In this document: positions 27,494 through 35,879 of the stretch, piece after piece
Position numbering within the stretch: the first letter of the stretch is position 1
Layout: each line of letters opens with the position of its first letter
Virus record (IMG/VR): IMGVR_UViG_3300026551_000003
Location: 1 to 53,022 of that record
DNA: 53,022 nt
Direction: 5' to 3' (one strand)
Source of the DNA: a virus
Taxonomy: Duplodnaviria; Caudoviricetes
Notes under the pieces: generated by a model
The model's input: only the letters and a program-made list of their open reading frames with translations
Databases searched by the model: none
What the model was told of the DNA's origin: nothing
Program-made: the position numbers and the translations under genes

Positions 27494-28967
27494 TGAGGTA
27501 CTCCTCTGCGTTGGTCCTGTCGCCCAAGATCCACTCTAGGGCGGCCCACTTGTTCGCTATACGTTGCTTACGTCCGAGATCGACAGTATCTCGGGCGATG
27601 ATGTCGATGACCTGAACCGGATTGATTTGACCGATGCGATGTAGTCTGTCCTCCGCCTGCCTGTTCTTCGTCGGATTCCACAAACGATCGAAGAAGATGA
27701 CAGTAGAGGCCCGATGCAGCGTGATACCTTCCCCTCCAGCCGCAATCGTCCCGCAGAGAACTTGAATGTCACCTGCTTGGAACTTCGACTCGTAGAGGTC
27801 TCGGTCGTGCTGGCTGACACTACCAGTGTATGGCCTAGCGACAATTCCTCTAGCTTCAAGACGCCGTACAGCAAGATGGCTCATGCTCCTCGACTGGCTG
27901 AATACTACTAGAGACTCGTCAGGGTTACCGTCAATAATCTCCTCTAGGTCGTCGAGCTTGACGGATGGATCGACGAGCGTGACCTTGCCCTCTGGTGAGA
28001 AGTCCACAGAGGCTAGGGCGAATTGTTGGAGTCGGACTAGCTGCGCGACGACGACGCCTGCGACGAGCGGTTGGTCTTTGTGCTCACCGACCCATGCGAT
28101 CATGTCCTTGCGCATCTGGTCGTAGGCCCTGCGTTGACCTGGAGGAAGTGTGACGTAGCGCTCGGTGTAGTACTTCTCAGGCAGATCGATTCCGACTTCA
28201 GACTTCTTTCTACGCACGTAGTAAGGCCTGATGGTCGTCAACATCTTCTGTGCACCTTCAGGGTTCACACCGACGATCTTCTTGAAGCTACGTCCGTACT
28301 TCAGCTTCTGTAGGTTCTCGTCCTCGAACACGCAGCACTCGTTGACAAACCTCCAGTATGACCTGAACTCTTTGGGCCAGAGCCAGTTCAATACCGACCA
28401 AAGGTCCTGCGGCTTGTCGTCTGCAGGAGTACCCGAGAGGCCCGTCTTGTACTTCGTCTTCAGCGACTTCAGCTTCCGAGTCTGTTGAGCTGTACGGTTC
28501 TTCACCCTGTGGACTTCATCGGCAATGATGTGGAACCAGTCGATGTCCTGCAACTCGTTCATGAGTCGGAGGGCCTCATAGTGCACGATGACGTACGCAG
28601 GAAACGGACCTCTGCCATCAATAGCGTGTCCAAGTGCGCGTTCGAGTTCTTGTCTTTTCTTCCTGTTAACAACCCAGATGGGTATCGTGTCACTCTCATA
28701 CTTGCGAATGACGTCTACCCAGCTATTCCAATGCGTACCTGAAGGTGCGACAATGAGCGTCGGTCGCTTGTAGGCGTAGGGGTCGCGTCGCAACTCACAG
28801 TCCCTAGCGATGCCTTCCCAGGTCTTGCCAAGTCCCATGTCGTCGGCAATGAGAGCCGACGTAGCCGTCTCGCCGTTGATGTTGTAGGGATTGAGCTTGG
28901 CTACTCCGTCTCGTTGGAACTCGTAGAGTTTGAACCAAGACTCATGCCGTGCTGGTTGCGCAGTCAC
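27486..28967 (-). CDS. SNF2-family (SF2) helicase
   Basis: ADDMGLGKT, DEVH, LSGTP, GGEGITL and QAEDRLHRIGQ; GTG at 28967 overlaps the upstream stop. Confidence 0.93.
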   Translation of the reverse strand: MTAQPARHESWFKLYEFQRDGVAKLNPYNINGETATSALIADDMGLGKTWEGIARDCELRRDPYAYKRPTLIVAPSGTHWNSWVDVIRKYESDTIPIWVVNRKKRQELERALGHAIDGRGPFPAYVIVHYEALRLMNELQDIDWFHIIADEVHRVKNRTAQQTRKLKSLKTKYKTGLSGTPADDKPQDLWSVLNWLWPKEFRSYWRFVNECCVFEDENLQKLKYGRSFKKIVGVNPEGAQKMLTTIRPYYVRRKKSEVGIDLPEKYYTERYVTLPPGQRRAYDQMRKDMIAWVGEHKDQPLVAGVVVAQLVRLQQFALASVDFSPEGKVTLVDPSVKLDDLEEIIDGNPDESLVVFSQSRSMSHLAVRRLEARGIVARPYTGSVSQHDRDLYESKFQAGDIQVLCGTIAAGGEGITLHRASTVIFFDRLWNPTKNRQAEDRLHRIGQINPVQVIDIIARDTVDLGRKQRIANKWAALEWILGDRTNAEEYLNA

Positions 28968-29143
28968 AATACATCCCCGCTTACCGGGCATAGCCATAGC
29001 ACCATGACTTTGCCATCCCTCCATTCGTAGTCGATTCCGAGTCTGTCCTTACCGTTGTATGGGTGACGTACGTGACAGCGCTTGCACCACTTCCCAGCGC
29101 TGACGTCTTGCAGACTTGGTGGTGTCCACTCCTTTCCGATCAC
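28964..29143 (-). CDS. Small zinc-ribbon-like hypothetical protein
   Basis: WCKRC...LCPVSG; start uncertain. Confidence 0.45.
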   Translation of the reverse strand: MIGKEWTPPSLQDVSAGKWCKRCHVRHPYNGKDRLGIDYEWRDGKVMVLWLCPVSGDVL

Positions 29144-29312
29144 CGATCTTTTTCTGCGTCGCCAGATACGCCTTGCTCTCGCGGTAGATCCGACGTCTGG
29201 TCTCTGCGTCTTGCGCTTTTCGTCTTCGCCGCTCACGTATGCACCTTTGATGTCCCTTGTGGCAAGGGCCGCGGTAGCCCTCTGTCTCGCAAGGCTCTAC
29301 TTGCCTCTTCAT
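29049..29312 (-). CDS. Basic hypothetical protein
   Basis: ATG after GGGAGG; MKRQVEPCETEGYRGPCHKGHQRC... Confidence 0.5.
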   Translation of the reverse strand: MKRQVEPCETEGYRGPCHKGHQRCIRERRRRKAQDAETRRRIYRESKAYLATQKKIGDRKGVDTTKSARRQRWEVVQALSRTSPIQR

Positions 29313-29506
29313 GTTCCTCCCTTCACTGCCATGCAGGAGCACCCGTAGACGTGAGAGTGTCTGCTCCTGCATGACAGTAACTTGAGGTTGTGCACGCGTT
29401 TCTTTACAGGTGTTGCAGGACGAGGGTCCTTGATGAGCGATCCCGACCGCTCAGACCCAAGTATCACGCATTGTCTCCACCTCCCTCCGGAGGGCCCTAG
29501 CCTTGG

Positions 29507-29605
29507 CCCTCAAGGTCCTGCTCGAGTGTCGAGGCTGCGTTTCCAGGCTCAGTCGTTACCGGTGAGTCAATGGCCACAGCCAGCTCTCGAGCAGGACGTT
29601 CAGGG
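29507..29605. repeat. Conserved-stem hairpin element, copy A
   Basis: CCCTCAAGGTCCTGCTCGAG...CTCGAGCAGGACGTTCAGGG; arms nearly identical to 31001-31073. Confidence 0.8.
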
Positions 29606-29734
29606 TCAGACGTGAACGGAGTAAGGCTGAACGTAAGTCAGTCCGAACTTCCACGTCGGAACTGGGTAACGATCGAAGCTCTTCGATGTGCTGTTCATCG
29701 AGTCGCCTCCGAAGCTGCCACCGTTACTAATCAT
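29606..29734 (-). CDS. 42-aa peptide
   Basis: AGGAG RBS; MISNGGSFGGDSMNSTSKSFDRYPVPTWKFGLTYVQPYSVHV. Confidence 0.45.
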   Translation of the reverse strand: MISNGGSFGGDSMNSTSKSFDRYPVPTWKFGLTYVQPYSVHV

Positions 29735-29761
29735 CTTCGTCTCCTAGCAGTGAGATGGTTG

Positions 29762-30463
29762 CTACGGAACAGTAGCAGCAGGGGATCCGGTCGTAGCTCC
29801 CGGAGCAGGCGATTGCGGAGCTAGCGGTGCCGCGATATTGAATACCTGTTCCTGGAGACAGAGAATGCCATTCACGTTCAGATATGCCTGGTTGCCGACG
29901 CCAGGAGTATTCCAGGAAAGGCCTCTCCGGCTAGTCCAGCTAGGAGACCAGTGTGCATTGTAGTATAGGTCGAAGCCGACTGGGCAGCCAGGATCGTGGT
30001 AGAGCAGGAAGACAGTTCCGTAATCGCCGCCGTAGCCATTGCTGCCGTTGCAGGTACCGTTCACGTACGCATTGGCGCTCCCCGAGTTCCCGTTGGCGTC
30101 GTCGACACATGTCCCGAGCGTCGGATCCTGGAACTGCGCGATCGTCCATCCGACCGGATTTCCCGAGATCGGACAGTTGGTCGACGAGAGGCCGCCGTTG
30201 CAGCGATTGACGGAATAGAGCCCGAAGGAGTTATTCGCCACATTGCTGTACCAGTCCTGCAGGATAGGACCGCCATTCCGAGCATTCATGCAGGTGCTTA
30301 CCTGGGCGACATCGCACCACTCATCAGGATCGACGGTGCCGAGGTACCGACCGATACTGGCATGATGCGACGCAGTGGAATGCGTCGCAGCGGCACAACC
30401 ACCTAGGCCTACACTAAGCAGTAGGCCTACGACAAGCGCAACTGCTCTATGTCTGAACCTCAT
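29762..30463 (-). CDS. Cys/Gly/Asn-rich exported protein, probable lipoprotein
   Basis: Basic N-terminus, hydrophobic core and LGGC lipobox-like site; eight further Cys. Confidence 0.75.
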   Translation of the reverse strand: MRFRHRAVALVVGLLLSVGLGGCAAATHSTASHHASIGRYLGTVDPDEWCDVAQVSTCMNARNGGPILQDWYSNVANNSFGLYSVNRCNGGLSSTNCPISGNPVGWTIAQFQDPTLGTCVDDANGNSGSANAYVNGTCNGSNGYGGDYGTVFLLYHDPGCPVGFDLYYNAHWSPSWTSRRGLSWNTPGVGNQAYLNVNGILCLQEQVFNIAAPLAPQSPAPGATTGSPAATVP

Positions 30464-30556
30464 CGAGGTCCTTTCTAAGAGCTACGGACCTTCCGTAGTC
30501 CCTCGCGGAGGCGGAGCTTTTGACGGCTCCACCTCCCGTTGACCGAGCCGAAGTTG

Positions 30557-30946
30557 TTACGGAGTCGTAGTCGTACAGCTGTACGACGGGTTCTGCGGGT
30601 CGCCCGTCTGCGGCGAGCTGAGAGTGCAGCTCTCCTTCAGCGCGGGTGTCGGTCCGATCGTGGTGTCGGTGACCTTGGCGATGTTGAACGTGATCGTTTT
30701 CGCCGGGAGTTCCACGAGGGTATCGCCTGCGAACCAGCACGTGTGCGGTAGCGGCAGCCGGAACTCGTAGTACGAGAGGTGGCCTTCGTTGTAGCACGCA
30801 AACGAGCTACCGTTCGGCGGCTGGGCGTTGGAGATGATCGGAACGGGTGGCTCTCCCTGGTTGGTAGCTGCTAGTGCGACGGCTCCGCCGCCACCTAGCG
30901 TGATGGCAGCCGCGGCTGCCGTAACGATGAAACTACGACGATGCAT
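30557..30946 (-). CDS. Exported protein with twin-arginine-like signal peptide
   Basis: MHRRSFIVTAAAAAITLGGGGAVALA; RBS AAAGGAG; four Cys. Confidence 0.75.
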   Translation of the reverse strand: MHRRSFIVTAAAAAITLGGGGAVALAATNQGEPPVPIISNAQPPNGSSFACYNEGHLSYYEFRLPLPHTCWFAGDTLVELPAKTITFNIAKVTDTTIGPTPALKESCTLSSPQTGDPQNPSYSCTTTTP

Positions 30947-31000
30947 AATTCTCCTTTGGAGTTGTTGAGGCTTGTGCCTCCTGTAGAGAGCTAACCAAGC

Positions 31001-31073
31001 CCCTCAAGGTCTTGCTCGGGAAGCCAGTGTTTCATGGCATTGCTCCAAGGAGTCCGAGCAGGACGTTCAAGGG
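31001..31073. repeat. Conserved-stem hairpin element, copy B
   Basis: CCCTCAAGGTCTTGCTCGG...CCGAGCAGGACGTTCAAGGG. Confidence 0.8.
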
Positions 31074-31195
31074 CCTAGAAGGCGTCTCAGGCCTTGTGGC
31101 GTACTAATTCTTGCAATCAACCACCCAAGCGCTGCGCAAGGTGCCGAAGGTGGAGGATTCGCTGGGTATCCTGGTGGTCGACGAAACAGTTTCAT
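31067..31195 (-). CDS. 42-aa peptide
   Basis: ATGA overlap with the upstream stop; MKLFRRPPGYPANPPPSAPCAALGWLIARISTPQGLRRLLGP. Confidence 0.45.
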   Translation of the reverse strand: MKLFRRPPGYPANPPPSAPCAALGWLIARISTPQGLRRLLGP

Positions 31196-31530
31196 GGTAG
31201 TAGCCCTTCCCTACGGAGCCTCTCACGCTCAATGTCCACAGGGGTCGGGTGCGCTGCTCTCCAGTTCGCTTCCTCTAGTTCGGCTTGCTGACGCAGACGT
31301 GCGTGCTCTGCCTTGATAGCGTCGTTGGGTTCGTAGCTCAGGCAGACGCCGTCGTCGTTGAGCTCTAGCAGACCCATCCAGGCAACGTAGAACGTACCGT
31401 TGCCATCGTCGTCCTCGTTGTAGAAGAGCGGAACGTTAAGATCCTTCCCCTCCAGCTCCATCATGTGCAGGAGGTTCAGAAGGTCCCTCGCTGTTGGGTC
31501 TGAGCTTTCCGACTGAACGTAGGTACTCAT
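31192..31530 (-). CDS. Hypothetical protein
   Basis: ATG after GGAGG (MSTYVQSE...); overlaps the upstream gene end. Confidence 0.6.
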   Translation of the reverse strand: MSTYVQSESSDPTARDLLNLLHMMELEGKDLNVPLFYNEDDDGNGTFYVAWMGLLELNDDGVCLSYEPNDAIKAEHARLRQQAELEEANWRAAHPTPVDIERERLRREGLLP

Positions 31531-31720
31531 CTGCTTCCTCCTTCTCAATCACCCGTCGACCGCAGTCGCAGTGTTGAGTAGTGATCTTGCCTGATCGGAT
31601 GTAGTAGTAGATTAGTTGTGGAGCGATACCTCGTAGCTTGCCGTAGTTGACTGGTGTGATTAGCTTGGAGTCTGCTTCTTCGTCTGCTTCGACTTGTTTG
31701 AGGAATTCGTCGATGTTCAT
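31436..31720 (-). CDS. HTH-like DNA-binding protein
   Basis: ITPVNYGKLRGIAPQLIYYYIRSGKI...GRRVI, an excisionase/MerR-like pattern. Confidence 0.65.
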   Translation of the reverse strand: MNIDEFLKQVEADEEADSKLITPVNYGKLRGIAPQLIYYYIRSGKITTQHCDCGRRVIEKEEADEYLRSVGKLRPNSEGPSEPPAHDGAGGEGS

Positions 31721-31735
31721 GCGCTTCTCGCTGTG

Positions 31736-32080
31736 CTAGAATCCCATGGTCCTACGTGCGTCGCGTTCCGACATTTCCGGATGCGTCGACATGAAGTCCA
31801 TCAGAGCCAGCTCTTCACGTGCCTGCTGCATAACAGGCGTCGATTCACGTGGACGCTCGAATGCCTTCGGTCCCTTTTGGCCTGGAGTTGGAACCGAACC
31901 ATCCGGGTTCGTCTGCACGAGCCAGCGCTGAGCTACATATTCGCATCGCTCATTCTGGCACTCGAAGACATGGATCTTGGACCCTCTCGCCAGCCCCTGT
32001 GGACTTCGTAGACCAACCTCCTTGCCCGGCTCCTGGCAAGAGGGGCATCGCTTAGCCTCCTCGAACGTCGTGTCGGTCAT
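31736..32080 (-). CDS. Zinc-ribbon protein
   Basis: CPSC...CQNERC. Confidence 0.65.
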   Translation of the reverse strand: MTDTTFEEAKRCPSCQEPGKEVGLRSPQGLARGSKIHVFECQNERCEYVAQRWLVQTNPDGSVPTPGQKGPKAFERPRESTPVMQQAREELALMDFMSTHPEMSERDARRTMGF

Positions 32081-32225
32081 CGTCCTCTTCTCCCAAGCAC
32101 TTCTTGCGAATGTACCGCATCGCAGCCTCGATGTTCTCTTCCGAGGTACGAGGCGCCTCCTCGTAGTGCCACTCAGGCATTGGGAGTGGCTGCCAGAGGC
32201 CTTTCGAGATCAACTCGTCAGCCAC
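32052..32225 (-). CDS. Hypothetical protein
   Basis: TAGTG coupling; MADELISKGLWQPLPMPEW... Confidence 0.5.
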   Translation of the reverse strand: MADELISKGLWQPLPMPEWHYEEAPRTSEENIEAAMRYIRKKCLGEEDDDRHDVRGG

Positions 32226-32380
32226 TAGTCCTTCTTCCCACAGGAGATGCTGACGATACCGAACTCGAGCTCGTCGCCGTCCTTGGTAATAAGGCACATG
32301 GAGTCGGTCTCCTTGGTGTCGTCGACAACTTGCTTGGCCATCTCCTCGTCGGCGACCTCGATGTGGATGACGTAGTTCAC
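32225..32380 (-). CDS. Small acidic hypothetical protein (51 aa)
   Basis: GTGA overlap; MNYVIHIEVADEEMAKQVVDDTKETD... Confidence 0.55.
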   Translation of the reverse strand: MNYVIHIEVADEEMAKQVVDDTKETDSMCLITKDGDELEFGIVSISCGKKD

Positions 32381-32664
32381 CTCTGCTCCCTAGCCTTCTT
32401 CTCGATGAACTGCATGTGCTCCTCGGCCAGTTTCTCGCCGCCAGGAGTAGTAGCATAGATCATCCACCGCTCGAGGACGTTGGGAAAGGTCTCCGGTGCA
32501 CGGAAGACGACGTCGTCTCCGTAGACAGCCTTGAAGTAGCGGCTGACTTGGTCCTGGATCTTCTGGTACTGAATCGAAACATCACGGATCACGGCTTCTG
32601 CCTTTGTAGGATCGTACACATGCTCGATCGGGCTGTGCTCGTCGGGTCCGTGATGTTCTATCAT
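32377..32664 (-). CDS. Hypothetical protein
   Basis: RBS GGAGG; ATGA coupling. Confidence 0.65.
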   Translation of the reverse strand: MIEHHGPDEHSPIEHVYDPTKAEAVIRDVSIQYQKIQDQVSRYFKAVYGDDVVFRAPETFPNVLERWMIYATTPGGEKLAEEHMQFIEKKAREQR

Positions 32665-33071
32665 GATGCCTCCAGTATGCGTGCCATGGTGTCCTCGAGG
32701 TGCTGGACACGCGTGTTGAGAGATGTAACCTGTCCTTGCAGTTGACCCAGCTTGGTTGCGCCCTGAAGCCGCTTTTGCTCGGCCTCACTAAAGATGTCCC
32801 ACTCTGGGTCCCTGATGAGCTCCCAACGACTTGGTGAGTTACCGCCACCGCGTGAGAGTTGGCGAACGCACTGCATTCTGCGTAGACGCTGCATCACCGA
32901 GGTGTAGTAGGGCGTTGCAAGCTGGAGTTCGCTGAAGAGGTGGGTCAGGAAGCCCTCGTACACAAGAGCGTGCTGCCCCTCGATCTGCGTTGGGGAGGCT
33001 TCCCTCTTCATCGCTGCGAACACCGATAGGCAGTGTTCAAATAGCTTCGGAGGCGCCTCCTCAGTCATCAT
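32661..33071 (-). CDS. Putative winged-helix DNA-binding protein with coiled coil
   Basis: LFSELQLATPYYTSVMQRLRRMQCVRQLSRGGGNSPSRWEL helix-helix-wing pattern. Confidence 0.55.
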   Translation of the reverse strand: MMTEEAPPKLFEHCLSVFAAMKREASPTQIEGQHALVYEGFLTHLFSELQLATPYYTSVMQRLRRMQCVRQLSRGGGNSPSRWELIRDPEWDIFSEAEQKRLQGATKLGQLQGQVTSLNTRVQHLEDTMARILEAS

Positions 33072-33267
33072 CGTTAGTCATCTTCTTTCTGATGCTACGT
33101 AGGTCGTTGACGATATCCCCGTAGCTTCCCGCTCTGGTAAGAAGTGCTTCCCAGCTGCGGAGCACTTCTGGTTCTAGCGTGTCTCTGTGCATCGCGTCCT
33201 CGAACGCTTCAATCTGAATGTCGAGGACGTCTCGAAGCGTTACACGTTCTCCTTGCGTCAGATCCAT
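33061..33267 (-). CDS. Hypothetical protein (68 aa)
   Basis: ATG after AAAGGAG; the longer upstream extension in the ORF track overlaps the structured RNA. Confidence 0.65.
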   Translation of the reverse strand: MDLTQGERVTLRDVLDIQIEAFEDAMHRDTLEPEVLRSWEALLTRAGSYGDIVNDLRSIRKKMTNDDD

Positions 33268-33291
33268 GTAATACTCCTTTGACTGTTTAGT

Positions 33292-33604
33292 GGAGGGCGC
33301 CTCTCGGGTGTGGGGAAAAGAGGCGCCCTCCGTGTGCAGGAGCCACCAGTGCCTGGTTTGCCTAGCCGAATGTGACTCCGTCACGAAGGGCCTCGACGAC
33401 ACTCAGCAGCGTTGTCTCCTGCACTCGGACGAGCAGCGGTAGCGAGGGTTGTTAGCCGCTCTCCACCGGACACGCGGTGCAACGCATCTTTGTCGCTACC
33501 CGTTCGTTCGGGCTCGAACGCTGCGGCTCGCACTGCTCGTCGCTGGAGTGAGGAGCGATACGAGAGTTGGACGACACTCTCCTCGTCACCGCATCGCTCC
33601 TCAC
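33292..33604 (-). ncRNA. Candidate multi-domain structured non-coding RNA
   Basis: Four consecutive stem domains of 15, 11, 9 and 13 bp. Imperfect pairs in the 15- and 11-bp stems are G-U on the minus strand only. Confidence 0.6.
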
Positions 33605-33633
33605 GTCTATTCAGTTGTAGTGGGACTGGGAGG

Positions 33634-34146
33634 CTACTCGGCCTCTTCGAACTCCTCAGCGTCCTCGTTGTCGATCTCGTCAGCTGAACGGTGCTGCGCG
33701 TCGTTCGGTGGTGCCTGGCCTTGTGGCTTGCCCGAGCTCCCGGGCTTACCTGAGGTCCCGCCGCGCTGCTTGCGACGCAGAAACCACTCGACGCCCTCTT
33801 CGAGGTCGAGCCCCGGACGCGTCCAGGCGCGCGTCTCACCGTCGTTGACCTGTGCTTCGTCGTACTCGATGCCGTCCTCGTCGTAGTGCTTGACGGGGAA
33901 CGGGTCCTGCTTGCCGGGGTTTCTGACGAACGTGTAGAACTGCTGCGGCTTGATGTCCTTCGGCGCGTGGCCCCGCTTCACCAGCTCGTTCTTGAGCTGG
34001 ATCGGCGTCACCTTGCCCTCGGGCAGGTTGAACCGCTGCGTGCCTCCGCCGTTGCTCGTCGACTCGGTGGTTTCGTCGGCCGTCTCGTCCGCCGCCCCGG
34101 TGCTATCCGGGGTCTCGGTCTCGGTCGCGGTGGTGTGCCTGGCCAT
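33634..34146 (-). CDS. Acidic-tailed putative DNA-binding protein
   Basis: VTP...IKPQQFYTFVRN core shared with 31436..31720 and 39193..39480; has its own promoter. Confidence 0.7.
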   Translation of the reverse strand: MARHTTATETETPDSTGAADETADETTESTSNGGGTQRFNLPEGKVTPIQLKNELVKRGHAPKDIKPQQFYTFVRNPGKQDPFPVKHYDEDGIEYDEAQVNDGETRAWTRPGLDLEEGVEWFLRRKQRGGTSGKPGSSGKPQGQAPPNDAQHRSADEIDNEDAEEFEEAE

Positions 34147-34188
34147 GTCACTCCCTCTAGATTGGCCTGTGCTTTTGCTTCTAATCTA

Positions 34189-34218
34189 ATTATAGCGCGG
34201 ACCTTATTGGAAGCACAA
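34189..34218 (-). promoter_or_regulatory. Sigma70-type promoter
   Basis: TTGTGC-18 nt-TATAAT on the minus strand upstream of 34146. Confidence 0.7.
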
Positions 34219-34270
34219 GTGGTTTCCAAAGATTTCTTTGGATTATTTTTTGCCACATTGTGCTACTAGG

Positions 34271-34651
34271 TCAGTCGCCTGCTCCGATCACGTACGGCTT
34301 TGCGTCGGTAGCCTTCTTGTCGTCCTGCTTCTCCTTCCAGTTCGCCGTTGAACGACGCTGGCACTCGTTGTCGAGGACGGTCTGTTCGAGCTGCTCGCGC
34401 GTCTTGTTCTGCCTGATCTCCAGGCCATTGTAGCGGTGGCAGAAGATACGAACCTCCTGCTCGCCGTCCATCCACTGCTTGGCGAGCTGGGCGAACTCGT
34501 AGACCTGCTCCGGCTTCCAGCCGTCGCCGTGGAGCTGCGCGATGGAATTCATCGAGCCGTCGGGATCAAGCGCCTGCACGCGTCTGTCGATCTCCTCGAT
34601 ACCGAGCTCTTCCCTGACGTAGTCGTGAGTCATTTCCTCGTTGGTGTACAT
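34271..34651 (-). CDS. Hypothetical protein
   Basis: RBS AAGGAG; 126 aa. Confidence 0.7.
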   Translation of the reverse strand: MYTNEEMTHDYVREELGIEEIDRRVQALDPDGSMNSIAQLHGDGWKPEQVYEFAQLAKQWMDGEQEVRIFCHRYNGLEIRQNKTREQLEQTVLDNECQRRSTANWKEKQDDKKATDAKPYVIGAGD

Positions 34652-34898
34652 TCTTTCTCCTTGCCTTTGTTACGAGCATCTGACTAGCAACACGCTCGTT
34701 TACCAGTTTGGTAAAGTAGTCCTTAAGCGGTCGGCACCCAGCTAGCAGTAGCGGAATACCGATGGGTGCGCCAATAATCGACGCAATGAGCGGAAGCGCA
34801 ATGGCTGTGCTAGCCATTGCGACAGCGAACCTCCAGAGAAGGCTACCGTCGAACCTTCTTGAGCGGGAGGAGTCTGTTGGTTGAGAACTCTGTGCCAT
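34566..34898 (-). CDS. Membrane protein
   Basis: Hydrophobic ...ALPLIASIIGAPIGIPLLLAG segment. Confidence 0.55.
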   Translation of the reverse strand: MAQSSQPTDSSRSRRFDGSLLWRFAVAMASTAIALPLIASIIGAPIGIPLLLAGCRPLKDYFTKLVNERVASQMLVTKARRKNVHQRGNDSRLRQGRARYRGDRQTRAGA

Positions 34899-35052
34899 CT
34901 TCGGTCCTGACGTCGTATCGGAGCAGGCCTAGCCTGCGAATCCTTACGACCTCTACAGGAATCCTCGTTGCCCAGATTCTGCGCAAATCGACGACACTGC
35001 CCGAGTCCTTCGTAGGGTCTATGGTTAGGTATTTCTTACCCACCTTTATCAT
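34843..35052 (-). CDS. Small basic hypothetical protein
   Basis: GGAGAGG RBS before MIKVGKKYL... Confidence 0.5.
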   Translation of the reverse strand: MIKVGKKYLTIDPTKDSGSVVDLRRIWATRIPVEVVRIRRLGLLRYDVRTEDGTEFSTNRLLPLKKVRR

Positions 35053-35108
35053 CTGTCTCACCTCCTCTCCTGAGGTTGTCACGCGCTGGCTCCCAACGCA
35101 CAGCACGT

Positions 35109-35315
35109 TCAGGGTGTTTCTCTTCGTACCTCTTGTTGCGTGCTTGGCCCTTGGCACTCCTGTTGTATCGGAAGTGGCGTGCCAGGTACTTCTCGCGTGA
35201 TATCAAGTTCCTGCTGCACCTTCTTCTTATCTAGCTGCCCGTCGTGGGTGAGCGAGTGGTCTGCGTACTCGGCCCACGACTCGTGATGGAGTTCGTTACC
35301 TTGCAGCTTCTCCAT
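35109..35315 (-). CDS. Hypothetical protein
   Basis: TGATG coupling (MEKLQGNELH...). Confidence 0.5.
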   Translation of the reverse strand: MEKLQGNELHHESWAEYADHSLTHDGQLDKKKVQQELDITREVPGTPLPIQQECQGPSTQQEVRRETP

Positions 35316-35572
35316 CAGATCCTTCTCACTTCGTAGGCGACCGTCGAGCCATCCGATGCAGCCCAACGGTAGCCCTTGTCGATTTCCTCGAGCTCGCTAG
35401 CTGCGAAGTAGAAGCCGAGGGATTCGAAACCGTGTGTTATCCGCCAGTACCTTCGGCGTTGAGCTGCGAGTATGAAGGCGTGCTTCTCGTCCCTTGCCTT
35501 CTTCACGATCGTATGGTACGAGATGTGTTCTTCGCCACTCGGTCCCTGCTTGTGCTCTTCAACGAGATACAT
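35315..35572 (-). CDS. Hypothetical protein
   Basis: TGATG coupling at both ends. Confidence 0.6.
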   Translation of the reverse strand: MYLVEEHKQGPSGEEHISYHTIVKKARDEKHAFILAAQRRRYWRITHGFESLGFYFAASELEEIDKGYRWAASDGSTVAYEVRRI

Positions 35573-35877
35573 CAGTAGTCACCCCAGACTCGGATGTCGA
35601 GATTGAGTGCGCCCTTCTTGTTGAGAACGACGGTAACGCGGAGCTCTCCTGCCTCGTGACCGTTGACTGGGTAGACTCGGGCTGCATACACCTTCGTACC
35701 GAAGTTGTCCTTCTCCTTCGTCCAGCCTTCCCAGCTCTCGAGTTCCGCGATGGTGTACTCAGGGTCCTGGTCGTTCTGCGCGTCCGAGTACGCCTGGTCG
35801 ACGTCGTTAAGCGATCCTCGTAGGAACTCGAGGATCTCCTCGTTCAGTACTAGGTGTGCGCCCTTCATAGGTTTCAT
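35572..35877 (-). CDS. Hypothetical protein with PC4/YdbC-like C-terminal strands
   Basis: LRVTVV...G..NLDIRVW. Confidence 0.5.
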   Translation of the reverse strand: MKPMKGAHLVLNEEILEFLRGSLNDVDQAYSDAQNDQDPEYTIAELESWEGWTKEKDNFGTKVYAARVYPVNGHEAGELRVTVVLNKKGALNLDIRVWGDY

Positions 35878-35879
35878 TT

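Noticed and set aside
29424-29460. Hammerhead ribozyme (TTGATGAG plus hairpin)
   Set aside because: The core is not CUGAnGA and no properly placed GAAA or third stem was found.
33334-33424. tRNA gene
   Set aside because: The fold is multibranched but lacks correctly placed D-arm and T-arm consensus and a 7-nt anticodon loop.
33381-33886. Long ORFs 33381..33839 (-) and 33449..33886 (+)
   Set aside because: They overlap a better-supported gene, lack an RBS and have Arg/Ser-rich shadow-frame composition.
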